From contig CAVXRD010000001.1 of NCBI GenBank assembly GCA_963764165.1, positions 320,001-384,000 of the forward strand: a stretch of 64,000 nt of DNA, read 5' to 3'. This document shows, one piece after another, positions 8,686-17,710 of the stretch. Source of the stretch: an uncultured Verrucomicrobiae bacterium. Its GTDB lineage: Bacteria; Verrucomicrobiota; Verrucomicrobiia; Limisphaerales; Palsa-1400. The stretch's first letter is position 1; each line of letters starts with the position of its first letter. Position numbers and translations under genes: made by a program. A model generated the notes under the pieces. It made no database searches. It saw nothing but the letters and a program-made list of their open reading frames with translations, and was not told the DNA's origin.

Positions 8686-10422
8686 AGGAAGCGCCATAAT
8701 ACCGGGCAGGTTCAGGTTGTCCGCTTCCTTCGGGTCGATTTTCCGAATGGCGATTGCAGCCAATCGACGAATCAGTATGTCTTTGTCGGAGCCTAGCAAC
8801 CGTTTTAATTGAGGCAGAGCGGCGCAGGCAGGCGGACCGATGTCGCCGAGCAATTGAATGGCGTCATAGCTCCATGGATCCGACAGCGCCTCCATCAATC
8901 CTTGCACAGGCGGCCCCTTCTCCATCCCCAATCTCCAAAGCGCAACCTTGGCGGGCAATGAAATCTGAGCGGCGTACCGAGTATTTGAATTGGCTGCAAG
9001 ACTTCTCAGGATATTTACCAGACCATAGCTGTGTGGCTCAATTCTCGCCAGCGCGGAGGCAGCAGCGGTCTGAATGACCGGGTTCTGGTTTTGCAATAAC
9101 GACTGCAAGGCCGGCGTGGCAGCGGCTGCGCCAGAACCGATGATTCCGAGCGCCCTGCATGGGGCTGTAATCTCGGGGCGGGACCGTGCCAAAGCGGTGG
9201 CGTTAAGAACGTGCGTCGGCAGCGATGATACAAGCGCGTACACCGCAGCGACCGCTTCAGGTCCAATTTCGGCAAGAGCATCCGCAGCGTTCCACACGAC
9301 GATTTCAGCGTAGGGCACTAGATTGGTGGCATGCGCTGTTTGCGGGATGCATTCCTGAAGGACCTGGATCAAAGTCGGAACAGCAGGTTTGGCGGCGGGC
9401 CCATACAGGCAAATGGTCTGCAAAGCCGGTATTCTCTGCTGGCCGCTTTTTCCGATAATTTCAATTAGCCTCTCGATATTCGGGCCGGGGTGCTGGTTTG
9501 CTTCGTCAATGCTTGATCTGTATAGATCGGGATCGATCTCGCGCAGAGTCTCAGCTGCTTCGGTGCGAGCGGGTTCGGTAGACGTGAGCACGCTGTGCAG
9601 GACGAGAGCCGCAGCCGGTTTTCCCGCTAAACCCATTCCGCGCAATTCCCCTAAGGTCGTCATTTGATATTCAGTTGTTAGATTTCGCAGGTTATTTGCG
9701 AGGATATTGAGAACCGCATTCGTTTGCCGATCGATTTTCCAGAGAGCATCGGCAATCGAATTGGATAAGTCGTCGCTCCCATTGGGCAACTTATTCAACA
9801 GCGCGGGAATGGCTCCCTTTGCCTTCGGGCCAATGCTGGCCAGCAAGCGAGCGGCCAACGACACGTTTGGCTCCAATCGGCATTCTTGGAAAGCTCTGAT
9901 GAAATCCTGGGTGTAATCAGCCTTCATGTCTCCCATTGCTTCAAGCGCGTTGAAAACCGAGTCGTCGTCATCGATCCGCTCCGAACTCGCAGCCGCATTG
10001 AATTGCCGCATCAGCTCGGGCAGAGCGAACTCTGCAATCGGTCCGAGTTTGCCAACGACGAAGAGCGCGTTTCTGCGGCGGTCTATTGGGCTCGGACGAC
10101 TTGCGAGCGCCTCGCGAAAGGAATCAGGCATCGGCAGACGAGAATCCGCCAATCGCTGGAACAAGGAGGCTTCCCTTTTCTCAGGTCCGTCTTTGATTAT
10201 TCGCGCGAGAAACAAAACGCCCGGTTTGCCAAGCGATTGAAATGCGCTAACAGCGGCTGCCCTGTCGGCTTCGGAATCCATGTGATCCAACCAAAAACTG
10301 GCGGGCGTGCCTTGGAAGGCCGGTTCGCGAAAAGAAAGCCACACGGAAAGCGAGGCGATCATCAATAGCAGAAAAACCCAGAGAACTCGATTGCGCGAAG
10401 CGGCGAATCTTGCTGTCGTCAT
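8683..10422 (-). CDS. Membrane-anchored HEAT-repeat protein
   Basis: N-terminal TM then EPAFQGTPASFWL; repeated LxxIGPxAxxAxPxL units; ATG at 10422 overlaps upstream stop (ATGA). Confidence 0.85.
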   Translation of the reverse strand: MTTARFAASRNRVLWVFLLLMIASLSVWLSFREPAFQGTPASFWLDHMDSEADRAAAVSAFQSLGKPGVLFLARIIKDGPEKREASLFQRLADSRLPMPDSFREALASRPSPIDRRRNALFVVGKLGPIAEFALPELMRQFNAAASSERIDDDDSVFNALEAMGDMKADYTQDFIRAFQECRLEPNVSLAARLLASIGPKAKGAIPALLNKLPNGSDDLSNSIADALWKIDRQTNAVLNILANNLRNLTTEYQMTTLGELRGMGLAGKPAAALVLHSVLTSTEPARTEAAETLREIDPDLYRSSIDEANQHPGPNIERLIEIIGKSGQQRIPALQTICLYGPAAKPAVPTLIQVLQECIPQTAHATNLVPYAEIVVWNAADALAEIGPEAVAAVYALVSSLPTHVLNATALARSRPEITAPCRALGIIGSGAAAATPALQSLLQNQNPVIQTAAASALARIEPHSYGLVNILRSLAANSNTRYAAQISLPAKVALWRLGMEKGPPVQGLMEALSDPWSYDAIQLLGDIGPPACAALPQLKRLLGSDKDILIRRLAAIAIRKIDPKEADNLNLPGIMALP

Positions 10423-10973
10423 TTGTGCCGCGGCAATTTGGGAGCCGTCATCGCCGACGCTCTGAGATAACCCCCGTCGAAACAAACCCGCGTGACATCC
10501 TCGAAGCGCATTCGTCGCGGGCCGGTCCACTCCCCGTAGTAATTCGCGTCCTCAATGGTGAATGTCCTTTTTCCCATGCTGATAACCGGCCCGACGTAAG
10601 TGAGGTGTCGATCTCGGCTCTCGCGATGGACGGAAAGCAGGGGATAACGCTTGGCAACCGAGGCTAGCAACTCCGGAATAGAGCCAAGCGAAATGCCCAT
10701 CGGCGGTGTCGGTCGAATCTTCAGTCGGCGCACAGCACGGAATCGCCAATAGCGCGGGTCGTCAAAGAAGCAGTATGAACGAATGTCTCTCTGTCGCAGG
10801 ACGTCGTAGCCAGTGAGGCAGAAAGCCTCAGAGTCGAAAAAATGCACTAACACCAATTCTTCGTTGGCGTCCATCACGAAGCCGAACACATTGGACATCC
10901 CGGCATCGCTGCGGATAAGTTGCACCATGTGCCGCTGTTTCTTCTTCAAATCGCGTTGGAGACTGGTAGGCAC
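10419..10973 (-). CDS. Hypothetical protein
   Basis: 184-aa ORF translationally coupled to the HEAT gene. Confidence 0.65.
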   Translation of the reverse strand: MPTSLQRDLKKKQRHMVQLIRSDAGMSNVFGFVMDANEELVLVHFFDSEAFCLTGYDVLRQRDIRSYCFFDDPRYWRFRAVRRLKIRPTPPMGISLGSIPELLASVAKRYPLLSVHRESRDRHLTYVGPVISMGKRTFTIEDANYYGEWTGPRRMRFEDVTRVCFDGGYLRASAMTAPKLPRHK

Positions 10974-10986
10974 GACGATTTCACCT

Positions 10987-11336
10987 TTAGGCCGGCGGCT
11001 TGGTTGAAACCAAGAATTCCGACAATTGTTTTAATACGCGGCGATGTCGTTCGGGGGAAACCTCCCCGATCATTCCTATGACCTGCTGCCCTGTGTAAAT
11101 CGCCAGAAACCTGCGCGAATAAGCGAATCCACTTGCAATCCGCTGGCGGCAAAATCGTTGTCTGCGCGCAATATCAATTCGTCCAATCCATGCACTTGCT
11201 GACGCAATTGGCTGCTGACGCCGCACACCAAAAAATCGCCGAATGGCGGAAGGGTTCTCAGAAGGATAGCCGGTCGCGGCTTCCATTGACGGTCCGCTTG
11301 AGGCAACGGGACGAGGATTACGTCCCCTTCTTTCAC
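10987..11336 (-). pseudogene. PemK/MazF-family toxin, frameshifted
   Basis: MKEGDVILVPLPQADRQWKPRPAILL...DSLIR; 1-nt loss near 11108, continuing as FLAIYTGQQVIGMIGEVSPERHRRVLKQLSEFL. Confidence 0.8.
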
Positions 11337-11566
11337 TTGCGGGGCGGCGCATCGCGCAGCACGGCGTTGGAATAATCCGGCTCGTCATCTCCAAAGGCGC
11401 GGGCGAACCCAGCCTGCGACGCTGCCAGCCACGCCTGACGCTCATCTCCCATTGAATCTCCGGACACCACCGTCACAATGAGTCTCGCGTCGGGCTGCAG
11501 CTCGTAGGGCTCGTCGAGGCAAATCTGCTTGCCATCAAAGTGCGCTCTTAAAGTAACCGTGTTCAC
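11333..11566 (-). CDS. Antitoxin partner of MazF-like toxin
   Basis: TLRAHFDGKQICLDEPYEL...FARAFGDDEPDYS; GTGA overlap with toxin. Confidence 0.75.
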   Translation of the reverse strand: MNTVTLRAHFDGKQICLDEPYELQPDARLIVTVVSGDSMGDERQAWLAASQAGFARAFGDDEPDYSNAVLRDAPPRK

Positions 11567-11661
11567 GCAATTACTATTATCTCAAATACGCCACCCCGGC
11601 AAGCGAGGAACAGCAAACTCGTCGTGCTCTTCGCAGCGCAGGTTCCAAACCTGCGCTGCAA

Positions 11662-11749
11662 CTACATCCCCAAATGATGCTCCTGCAGCGTCTTGGTCGA
11701 GTAACAGTTTTTTTGCAGGGCGGCGATGCCAAGCGCGGCGGCTCGCGCG
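11662..11749 (-). repeat. Displaced, diverged copy of the carB 3' end
   Basis: 88-bp direct repeat of 13247-13334, encoding RAAALGIAALQKNCYSTKTLQEHHLGM*. Confidence 0.9.
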
Positions 11750-11832
11750 GATTTAAGGTCCGTTTAAGGAGATTTGGAATTCCACCGAATGTTCGCTTTG
11801 TTCATTTGGCGGCTCTTTATTAATGGAAATCG

Positions 11833-13200
11833 ATGAACGACAGCCGGAAATTGCTTCAAGATTACGCATATCATGGCGAGGAGGATGCCTTTCGGGAATT
11901 AGTGGCGCGTTATGTCAACATGGTTCATTCCACCGCCTTGCGGCTGGTGAACGGGGACTCGCACCTTGCGGAGGACGTAACCCAAACGGTTTTTCTGAAT
12001 TTGGCCCGCAATGCGAGCACGCTCTCCAAACAAGTCATGATCGGCGGCTGGTTGCACCGAAACACGTGTTTCGTTGCGCTGACCATGATCCGCGGCGACA
12101 GGCGACGGCAAAAGCGCGAAAGGCAGGCTGTGGAAATGAACTCAGCAGAAGATCATTCGGTCTCCAACTTGGCCGTGGTGGCGCCCTTATTGGATGAGGC
12201 GATTAACGAGCTGGCAGCGGAGGATCGCACAGCAATTCTGCTGCGCTTCTTTGAACAACACGAATTCCGCGCCGTGGGAGAGATTATGGGCAGCAACGAA
12301 AACGCCGCACGGATGAGGGTTAATCGGGCGTTGGAAAAACTGCACGAGATTCTGAAGCGGCGCGGAGTAGTGCTATCAGCGGCGGCCTTGGGAACGGCGC
12401 TCGCAGCAGAGGCAGTGACAGCCGCGCCGACGGGGATGGCAGCCATCGCGGCGGCGGCAGCACTCGGCGGAGCGGCCTCGAAGAGCGCAACCTTAACCAT
12501 CATAAAAGCCGGAGTCATGACCAAAACAAAAATCGCACTGGCTGCCGCCATTGTTGCCGCGCTGGCGGTGTCCGTGGTGCAGCATCAAACCATCCGCGCG
12601 CTGCGGGCGGAAAACAACATGTTGAAACAACAGGTGGCGCAGATCGCGTCATTGCAACACCAACAGGTTGATGCTGCGCAAGACGCGGCCAAGACAGTCC
12701 GCGCGCCGCTTACGGATCCGCAGATGCGTGAATTGGCGAGATTGCGAAACGAGGTGGCGCGATTGCGCGAGCAGACCAATGAACTGGCCAAGGCTCGGCT
12801 GCAAATTCAGGCACTAAATCGGCCCGCCCCGGCGAGCGGAGATCCCGGGGCAGGCATGGTCATTGCCAGCCCATCCGGAATATTCCCTGGCAGCGCAATT
12901 CAGATTGCGAATCAAATTACAAATATTTGCATCACGAATCTTCGGCTCATTGAGGAGGCCAAAGAGAAATGGGCCTCGGAAAATCAAAAGCAAAACGGCG
13001 ACACTCCGACGATGGAGGACCTGCGGCCTTATTTTGGCCATGGACCCGACGGAGCGCGACCGAACGGAACTCAGGCGCTGCTGGGGAACGGAACTGTCGT
13101 CGAACTCGACTTGGCGCACTGCCCTGACGGTGGTGTATACAAGCTTGGCACCGTCAGTGAGAAGCCGACTTGTAGTATTTCAGGCCACGTTCTGCCTTAG
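11833..13200 (+). CDS. ECF sigma-70 factor with long C-terminal extension
   Basis: AFRELVARY, AEDVTQTVF, GWLHR, AARMRVNRALEKL; then Ala-rich/TM region, coiled coil and Cys-containing C-terminal domain. Confidence 0.9.
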   Translation: MNDSRKLLQDYAYHGEEDAFRELVARYVNMVHSTALRLVNGDSHLAEDVTQTVFLNLARNASTLSKQVMIGGWLHRNTCFVALTMIRGDRRRQKRERQAVEMNSAEDHSVSNLAVVAPLLDEAINELAAEDRTAILLRFFEQHEFRAVGEIMGSNENAARMRVNRALEKLHEILKRRGVVLSAAALGTALAAEAVTAAPTGMAAIAAAAALGGAASKSATLTIIKAGVMTKTKIALAAAIVAALAVSVVQHQTIRALRAENNMLKQQVAQIASLQHQQVDAAQDAAKTVRAPLTDPQMRELARLRNEVARLREQTNELAKARLQIQALNRPAPASGDPGAGMVIASPSGIFPGSAIQIANQITNICITNLRLIEEAKEKWASENQKQNGDTPTMEDLRPYFGHGPDGARPNGTQALLGNGTVVELDLAHCPDGGVYKLGTVSEKPTCSISGHVLP

Positions 13201-13246
13201 CTTAGCAGCGGTGCCCGACCGTAAGTCGTGAATTAGCGCGCCGCCG

Positions 13247-15049
13247 TTACATCCCCAAATGATGCTCCTGCAGCGTCTTCGTTGAATAACCATTTTTTTG
13301 CAGGGCGGCAATGCCAAGCGCGGCGGCTCGCGCGCCGCTTAGGGTCGTCATGATCGGCGTGCCGGTGTAGACGGCAGTGGTGCGGATTTTCACCTCGTCG
13401 GCGCGCGGAGTCTGGCCGGCGGGGGTGTTAATGACCATGTGAATGTCGCGGTTTTTCAGCAAATCCAGCGCGTTCGGGCGGCCTTCGGACAGCTTGAAAA
13501 CAAGCGACACTTTCAGCCCCGCTTCTGTCAATACTCGCGCCGTTCCCCCGGTTGAAGCGATTTCAAAACCGAGCGCCACAAACTGCTTTGCGATTTCGGC
13601 GATTTCTGGTTTGTCGGCGTCGCTGACGCTGACGAAAATGCGGCCTTTAAGCGGCAGCGGCGCGTTGGCCGCCATCTGGGATTTTGCGTAGGCAATGCCC
13701 AAATCGGCGTCCAGGCCCATGACTTCGCCGGTCGAGCGCATCTCAGGCGAAAGTAGAATGTCCTGCCCGACAAATCGATTGAACGGGAACACCGATTCTT
13801 TGACAGCCCAATATGGCGGGCGAATTTCGCAGGTGAAACCGAGTTCGGAAAGCTTCTTGCCCGCCATGACTTTGGCCGCGAGCTTCGCAAGCGGAACGCC
13901 AATCGCCTTGCTGACAAACGGCACCGTGCGCGAGGCGCGCGGATTGACTTCCAGCACGTAAACTTTTTCCCCTTTCACGGCGTATTGCACATTCATCAGG
14001 CCTATGACGCGCAACTCCCGCGCCATCGCGTGCGTGTACTGGCGCATCGTCTCGATGACGCTTGCCGAGAGCGTGTGCGGCGGCAGCACCATCGCCGCAT
14101 CGCCGGAATGGACGCCGGCAAATTCGATGTGCTCGAGAAATCCGCCAATCACGCTGGTGCCTTGCGATGGATCGGCGAAATGTCCGACGTCCGCGATGCA
14201 ATCGACATCGACTTCGGTGGCGTCTTCCAGAAATTTGTCCACCAAGACCGGGCGTTCCGGCGAAGCCTCGACCGCGAAGCGCATGTAATGATTCAATTCC
14301 GCGTCAGAAAAAACAATCTGCATCGCGCGCCCGCCCAGCACGAATGAAGGCCGCACCAGCACCGGATAACCCAGCCCATGCGCCGCTTCGAGGGCTTCCG
14401 CCTCGTTGGTGGCCAGGCCGTTTGGCGGCTGCGGAATGCCAAGCCGCGTCAGCATCGCCGCGAACAATTTGCGATCCTCAGCGACTTCGATGCTCTGCGG
14501 CGAGGTGCCGATGATGTTGACGCCATTTTTCTGCAACCCGAGGGCGAGATTCAACGGCGTCTGCCCGCCAAATTGGGCAATCGCGCCCCAGCACTTTTCG
14601 CGTTCGTAAATGTGCAGGACGTCCTCCAGCGTCAGCGGCTCGAAAAACAGTTTATCGCTCGTGTCGTAATCCGTGGAAACGGTCTCGGGATTGGAATTGA
14701 CCATGAGGGTTTCAAATCCATCCTCCTTGAGCGCGAAAGCCGCGTGGACGCAGCAATAATCGAACTCGATCCCCTGCCCGATCCGGTTCGGCCCGCCGCC
14801 GAGAATCATGACCTTCCGCTTGCCGCCCCCGACATTGGTCTCGTCATCGCCGCAATCGTAAGTGGAATAATAATAAGGCGTGTAAGCCTCGAACTCCGCC
14901 GCGCAGGTGTCCACCAGCCGATAGCTCGGCACCAGCCCGAACTCCTTGCGCGTGGTGCGGATATCCGCCTCCGTTTTCCCCGTAAGGTGCGCAATTTGCC
15001 GGTCCGAAAATCCGAGGGATTTGGCCCTAGCCAGCAGGTCACGATTCAT
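13247..15049 (-). CDS. carB: Carbamoyl-phosphate synthase large subunit, C-terminal half only (second ATP-grasp + MGS domain)
   Basis: VDTCAAEFEA, GGGPNRIGQGIEFDYCCVHA, RPSFVLGGRAM, EVNPRASRTVPFVSKA, PEMRSTGEVMG; about 600 aa versus about 1070 for full CarB. Confidence 0.92.
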   Translation of the reverse strand: MNRDLLARAKSLGFSDRQIAHLTGKTEADIRTTRKEFGLVPSYRLVDTCAAEFEAYTPYYYSTYDCGDDETNVGGGKRKVMILGGGPNRIGQGIEFDYCCVHAAFALKEDGFETLMVNSNPETVSTDYDTSDKLFFEPLTLEDVLHIYEREKCWGAIAQFGGQTPLNLALGLQKNGVNIIGTSPQSIEVAEDRKLFAAMLTRLGIPQPPNGLATNEAEALEAAHGLGYPVLVRPSFVLGGRAMQIVFSDAELNHYMRFAVEASPERPVLVDKFLEDATEVDVDCIADVGHFADPSQGTSVIGGFLEHIEFAGVHSGDAAMVLPPHTLSASVIETMRQYTHAMARELRVIGLMNVQYAVKGEKVYVLEVNPRASRTVPFVSKAIGVPLAKLAAKVMAGKKLSELGFTCEIRPPYWAVKESVFPFNRFVGQDILLSPEMRSTGEVMGLDADLGIAYAKSQMAANAPLPLKGRIFVSVSDADKPEIAEIAKQFVALGFEIASTGGTARVLTEAGLKVSLVFKLSEGRPNALDLLKNRDIHMVINTPAGQTPRADEVKIRTTAVYTGTPIMTTLSGARAAALGIAALQKNGYSTKTLQEHHLGM

Positions 15050-15235
15050 TTTCAAAATCAAAATTCAAATCGCCCCGAGTAAGCCCCACCAAACCAACGC
15101 TTGCAAGAGGAATTGAGGGGCCGCAATTGAGGCACGACAACCCGGGCAGAGCCGCAGATGGGCGCAGTTGAACGCAGATAAAATTACCCCGGACGCGAGC
15201 CGGCCTTGCAGTGGAATTGGTTGGGTGGCGAGACA

Positions 15236-15270
15236 TTGACGAACTCTTAAAATCTGATAATCTGATTTTT
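15236..15270 (+). promoter_or_regulatory. Putative sigma70 promoter with overlapping palindromic operator for the phd-vapC locus
   Basis: TTGACG-16bp-TAATCT; imperfect IR AAAATCTGA-taa-TCTGATTTT directly before GTG at 15271. Confidence 0.5.
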
Positions 15271-15546
15271 GTGAAGAAAGTTAAAATCAGCGTGACGGAG
15301 GCTTCCCGAAACTTTGCTGACTGCATTAACCGCGCCCGCTACCAAAACGTGACATTTATTCTTCTCAAGAACGGATCACCAGTGGCTCGGTTGACGCCGG
15401 ACTCGACAAGCAAGGTTTGCGCCGGGCGCCAACTTGCCGAAGCACTTGGTGAGATCGATCTGCCGGATGCTGAAGCCAAAGAGTGGCATCGTGATTTATT
15501 GGCCGCTCGCAAGACCTTGGAATCTCCCGTTAACAAATGGCGATAA
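15271..15546 (+). CDS. Phd/YefM-family antitoxin
   Basis: ISVTEASRNFADCINRA...ILLKNGSPVARL. Confidence 0.8.
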   Translation: MKKVKISVTEASRNFADCINRARYQNVTFILLKNGSPVARLTPDSTSKVCAGRQLAEALGEIDLPDAEAKEWHRDLLAARKTLESPVNKWR

Positions 15547-15938
15547 TCCTCGATGCGGATGTCATCATTCGCGGCGAGAAAGGGGCGTTTGACCTCCAAT
15601 CGTGGGTGACAGCCCGCCCAGAGGAGCGTTTTGAGATTGCCGCGATCACGGTGGCGGAACTCTGGCATGGAGTGGAGCGCGCCACGGGCGCACACAAGGC
15701 GCGGCGTCAGCGGTACCTTCAAACGATAGTGAATGCCCTGCCTGTCATCCCCTATACGGAACAGACAGCGTATGAACACTCCCGCCTTTGGGCCGAATTG
15801 GAATCGACCGGGAAAATGATTGGTTTTTACGATGTCATCGTGGCCGCAACAGCGCTGGAGCGTGGCTGCGCGGTGGCCACGTTCAATCAAAAGCACTTTC
15901 GCGAGGTGCCGGGCTTGATGGTGATCGAGCCAAAATGA
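15537..15938 (+). CDS. VapC-like PIN-domain toxin
   Basis: IILDADVII, ITVAEL, YDVIVAATAL, TFNQKHF. Confidence 0.9.
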   Translation: MAIILDADVIIRGEKGAFDLQSWVTARPEERFEIAAITVAELWHGVERATGAHKARRQRYLQTIVNALPVIPYTEQTAYEHSRLWAELESTGKMIGFYDVIVAATALERGCAVATFNQKHFREVPGLMVIEPK

Positions 15939-16037
15939 TCCGTCTCCAACCGTGCCCGAAAACTGGCCACCGGCATCAAATGGCAGCATCAGATCTCAAG
16001 ACTTGATAAGGTTCATTTGGCGGCGCCGATTATCCTT

Positions 16038-16229
16038 ATGAGTGACAAGCAAATTGTCGAGGACTTGCTCCAGCGGATTCCCGAAGATGCGTCTCTTCGC
16101 GACATTGCCCGCGAGATCGAGTTCATCGACGCCGTGCGGGAGGGACTTGCCGAGTTGGACCGCGGCGAGCGGATTTTGATCGAGGACGTCGAGCGCGAGT
16201 TGCCGACATGGATTAACGCCAGACATTAG
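16038..16229 (+). CDS. Orphan antitoxin-like small protein
   Basis: MSDKQIVEDLLQRIPEDAS...VREGLAELDRGE; no toxin follows. Confidence 0.65.
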   Translation: MSDKQIVEDLLQRIPEDASLRDIAREIEFIDAVREGLAELDRGERILIEDVERELPTWINARH

Positions 16230-16279
16230 AGGTTAACCGCATCACGCAGGAGCGCCTGGTAATCATGCCGGATAAAAGA

Positions 16280-16346
16280 GCCACAGACGGACACAGATCA
16301 ACACAGATAAATCAAAAATCTGTGTTGATCTGCGTGAATCTGTGGC
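16280..16346. repeat. Short-period (ACACAGAT) inverted repeat element
   Basis: GCCACAGAC-ACACAGAT repeats paired with ATCTGTGT...ATCTGTGGC; related half copy near 15151-15182. Confidence 0.7.
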
Positions 16347-16396
16347 CAGCTCGGTCCTTTGTTTCTGGCTGCGTTTTGCGCCCTTTTCCCCCAATT

Positions 16397-17683
16397 CTAC
16401 CGCCTTTGCCTTCGCGTGTTCGCGATGTTGACGATCCAGCCTGAGGCCACGGATAGGACCAGGCTGACCGTCATCAGCGTTACTCCGGTTTTCAGGAGTT
16501 CCTTGGAATTTGGCGAACCCGGCGCGGCGAAGAACACCGAGATCGCGGCAATGGCAACGAGCGCGGCGACGCCTGTGTAAAAGTACATGAATGTGCGCAG
16601 TGGGCCTTTCGGGCATTTAAACATGCCGGCAACCGGCAAAAGCAATCCGCCAAAGAGCAGCGTGGCAATGATCCATGGCGTGTTTACGCCGAAAATCACG
16701 CAACCAGCCAGCGACAGCAATACCAGCAGGATGGCGCCGCCCATCCAATTGCTCGCCACAATTTGCTCGCGCGAAAGGGCCAGCCGCCCAAATGAGTTGA
16801 GGCGGAGAGTCAGGTTGAAGAGCGGGCTTGCTATCCACGTCATTACCGCGAATGCCAGATACAAAATGCGCAGCGGCAATATCCAGTGCGCGAGAGCCGG
16901 ATTCGTTTGCGAAGCGGCGCGCAGAACCTGGTTTCCAAAATATGCGCCTAACACGATGCCCCACCGCCCGCGCCTGCTGAATTTGGCCATGAACAGAAAA
17001 TACCGAAGCATCAGCGCGTAAATAAAATTCCTGGCCTTCAGCGCTTCCACGATTCCCCGGCGCGCCCATTCGTTCGTGGGATCCAAGCGCAGCGCTTCGC
17101 GGAAATGTTCCAGCGCGGCCTTCGGGTCATTCTGCTCCAGCAATGTCCAACCCCGGTTGGCGTGGGTGACGGAGTTGTCCGGGTTGCGTCGCAGGGCGGC
17201 GTCGATCGTCTCGCCCGCCTGAGTTTTTTGCCCCAGCTTGACGAGCGCGATGGCTCGGAGATTCGTGCAGGCCACGTCCTCAGCATCCAATTGCAAACCC
17301 TGTTCCGCCGCCTCAAGCGCGGGCTGCCATCGGGCCTCGTTCAAATGAATCTGGGACAGCAGCGCAAAATAATGCGGCTGTGAGGAATCGAGCCGCAGCG
17401 CTTCGTATATGGCGGCCAGCGCTTCGGCGTCGTAATTGCGTTTGTGCCACACGACCGCCAGCGCGTAATGCGCATCCGCAAGGTCCGGCGCCAGGTGGAC
17501 CGCCTGCTGCGCTTCCTCGGTCGCTTCTTTGAATTGTTCGCGCTCCACGAGGCAGCGAGCCAGCAGGGAATGCGCATGGGCATCGCGAGGTTCGGCCGCC
17601 AGCGCCTGGCGAAATTCCGTCTCCGCCATATCAAAGCGAGACTGTTGATAAAGTAAAATGCCTCGTTGAAAATTCGCGTTCAT
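16397..17683 (-). CDS. TPR-repeat protein with C-terminal multi-pass membrane domain
   Basis: About 6 TPR motifs followed by about 6 hydrophobic helices. Confidence 0.85.
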   Translation of the reverse strand: MNANFQRGILLYQQSRFDMAETEFRQALAAEPRDAHAHSLLARCLVEREQFKEATEEAQQAVHLAPDLADAHYALAVVWHKRNYDAEALAAIYEALRLDSSQPHYFALLSQIHLNEARWQPALEAAEQGLQLDAEDVACTNLRAIALVKLGQKTQAGETIDAALRRNPDNSVTHANRGWTLLEQNDPKAALEHFREALRLDPTNEWARRGIVEALKARNFIYALMLRYFLFMAKFSRRGRWGIVLGAYFGNQVLRAASQTNPALAHWILPLRILYLAFAVMTWIASPLFNLTLRLNSFGRLALSREQIVASNWMGGAILLVLLSLAGCVIFGVNTPWIIATLLFGGLLLPVAGMFKCPKGPLRTFMYFYTGVAALVAIAAISVFFAAPGSPNSKELLKTGVTLMTVSLVLSVASGWIVNIANTRRQRR

Positions 17684-17710
17684 GAAAATGGGACCTCCCG
17701 CCAGCCAGCC

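Noticed and set aside
12058..12073. Palindrome CGAAACACGTGTTTCG as parS
   Set aside because: Arms are inverted relative to the parS consensus GTTTCACGTGAAAC and it lies within a coding region
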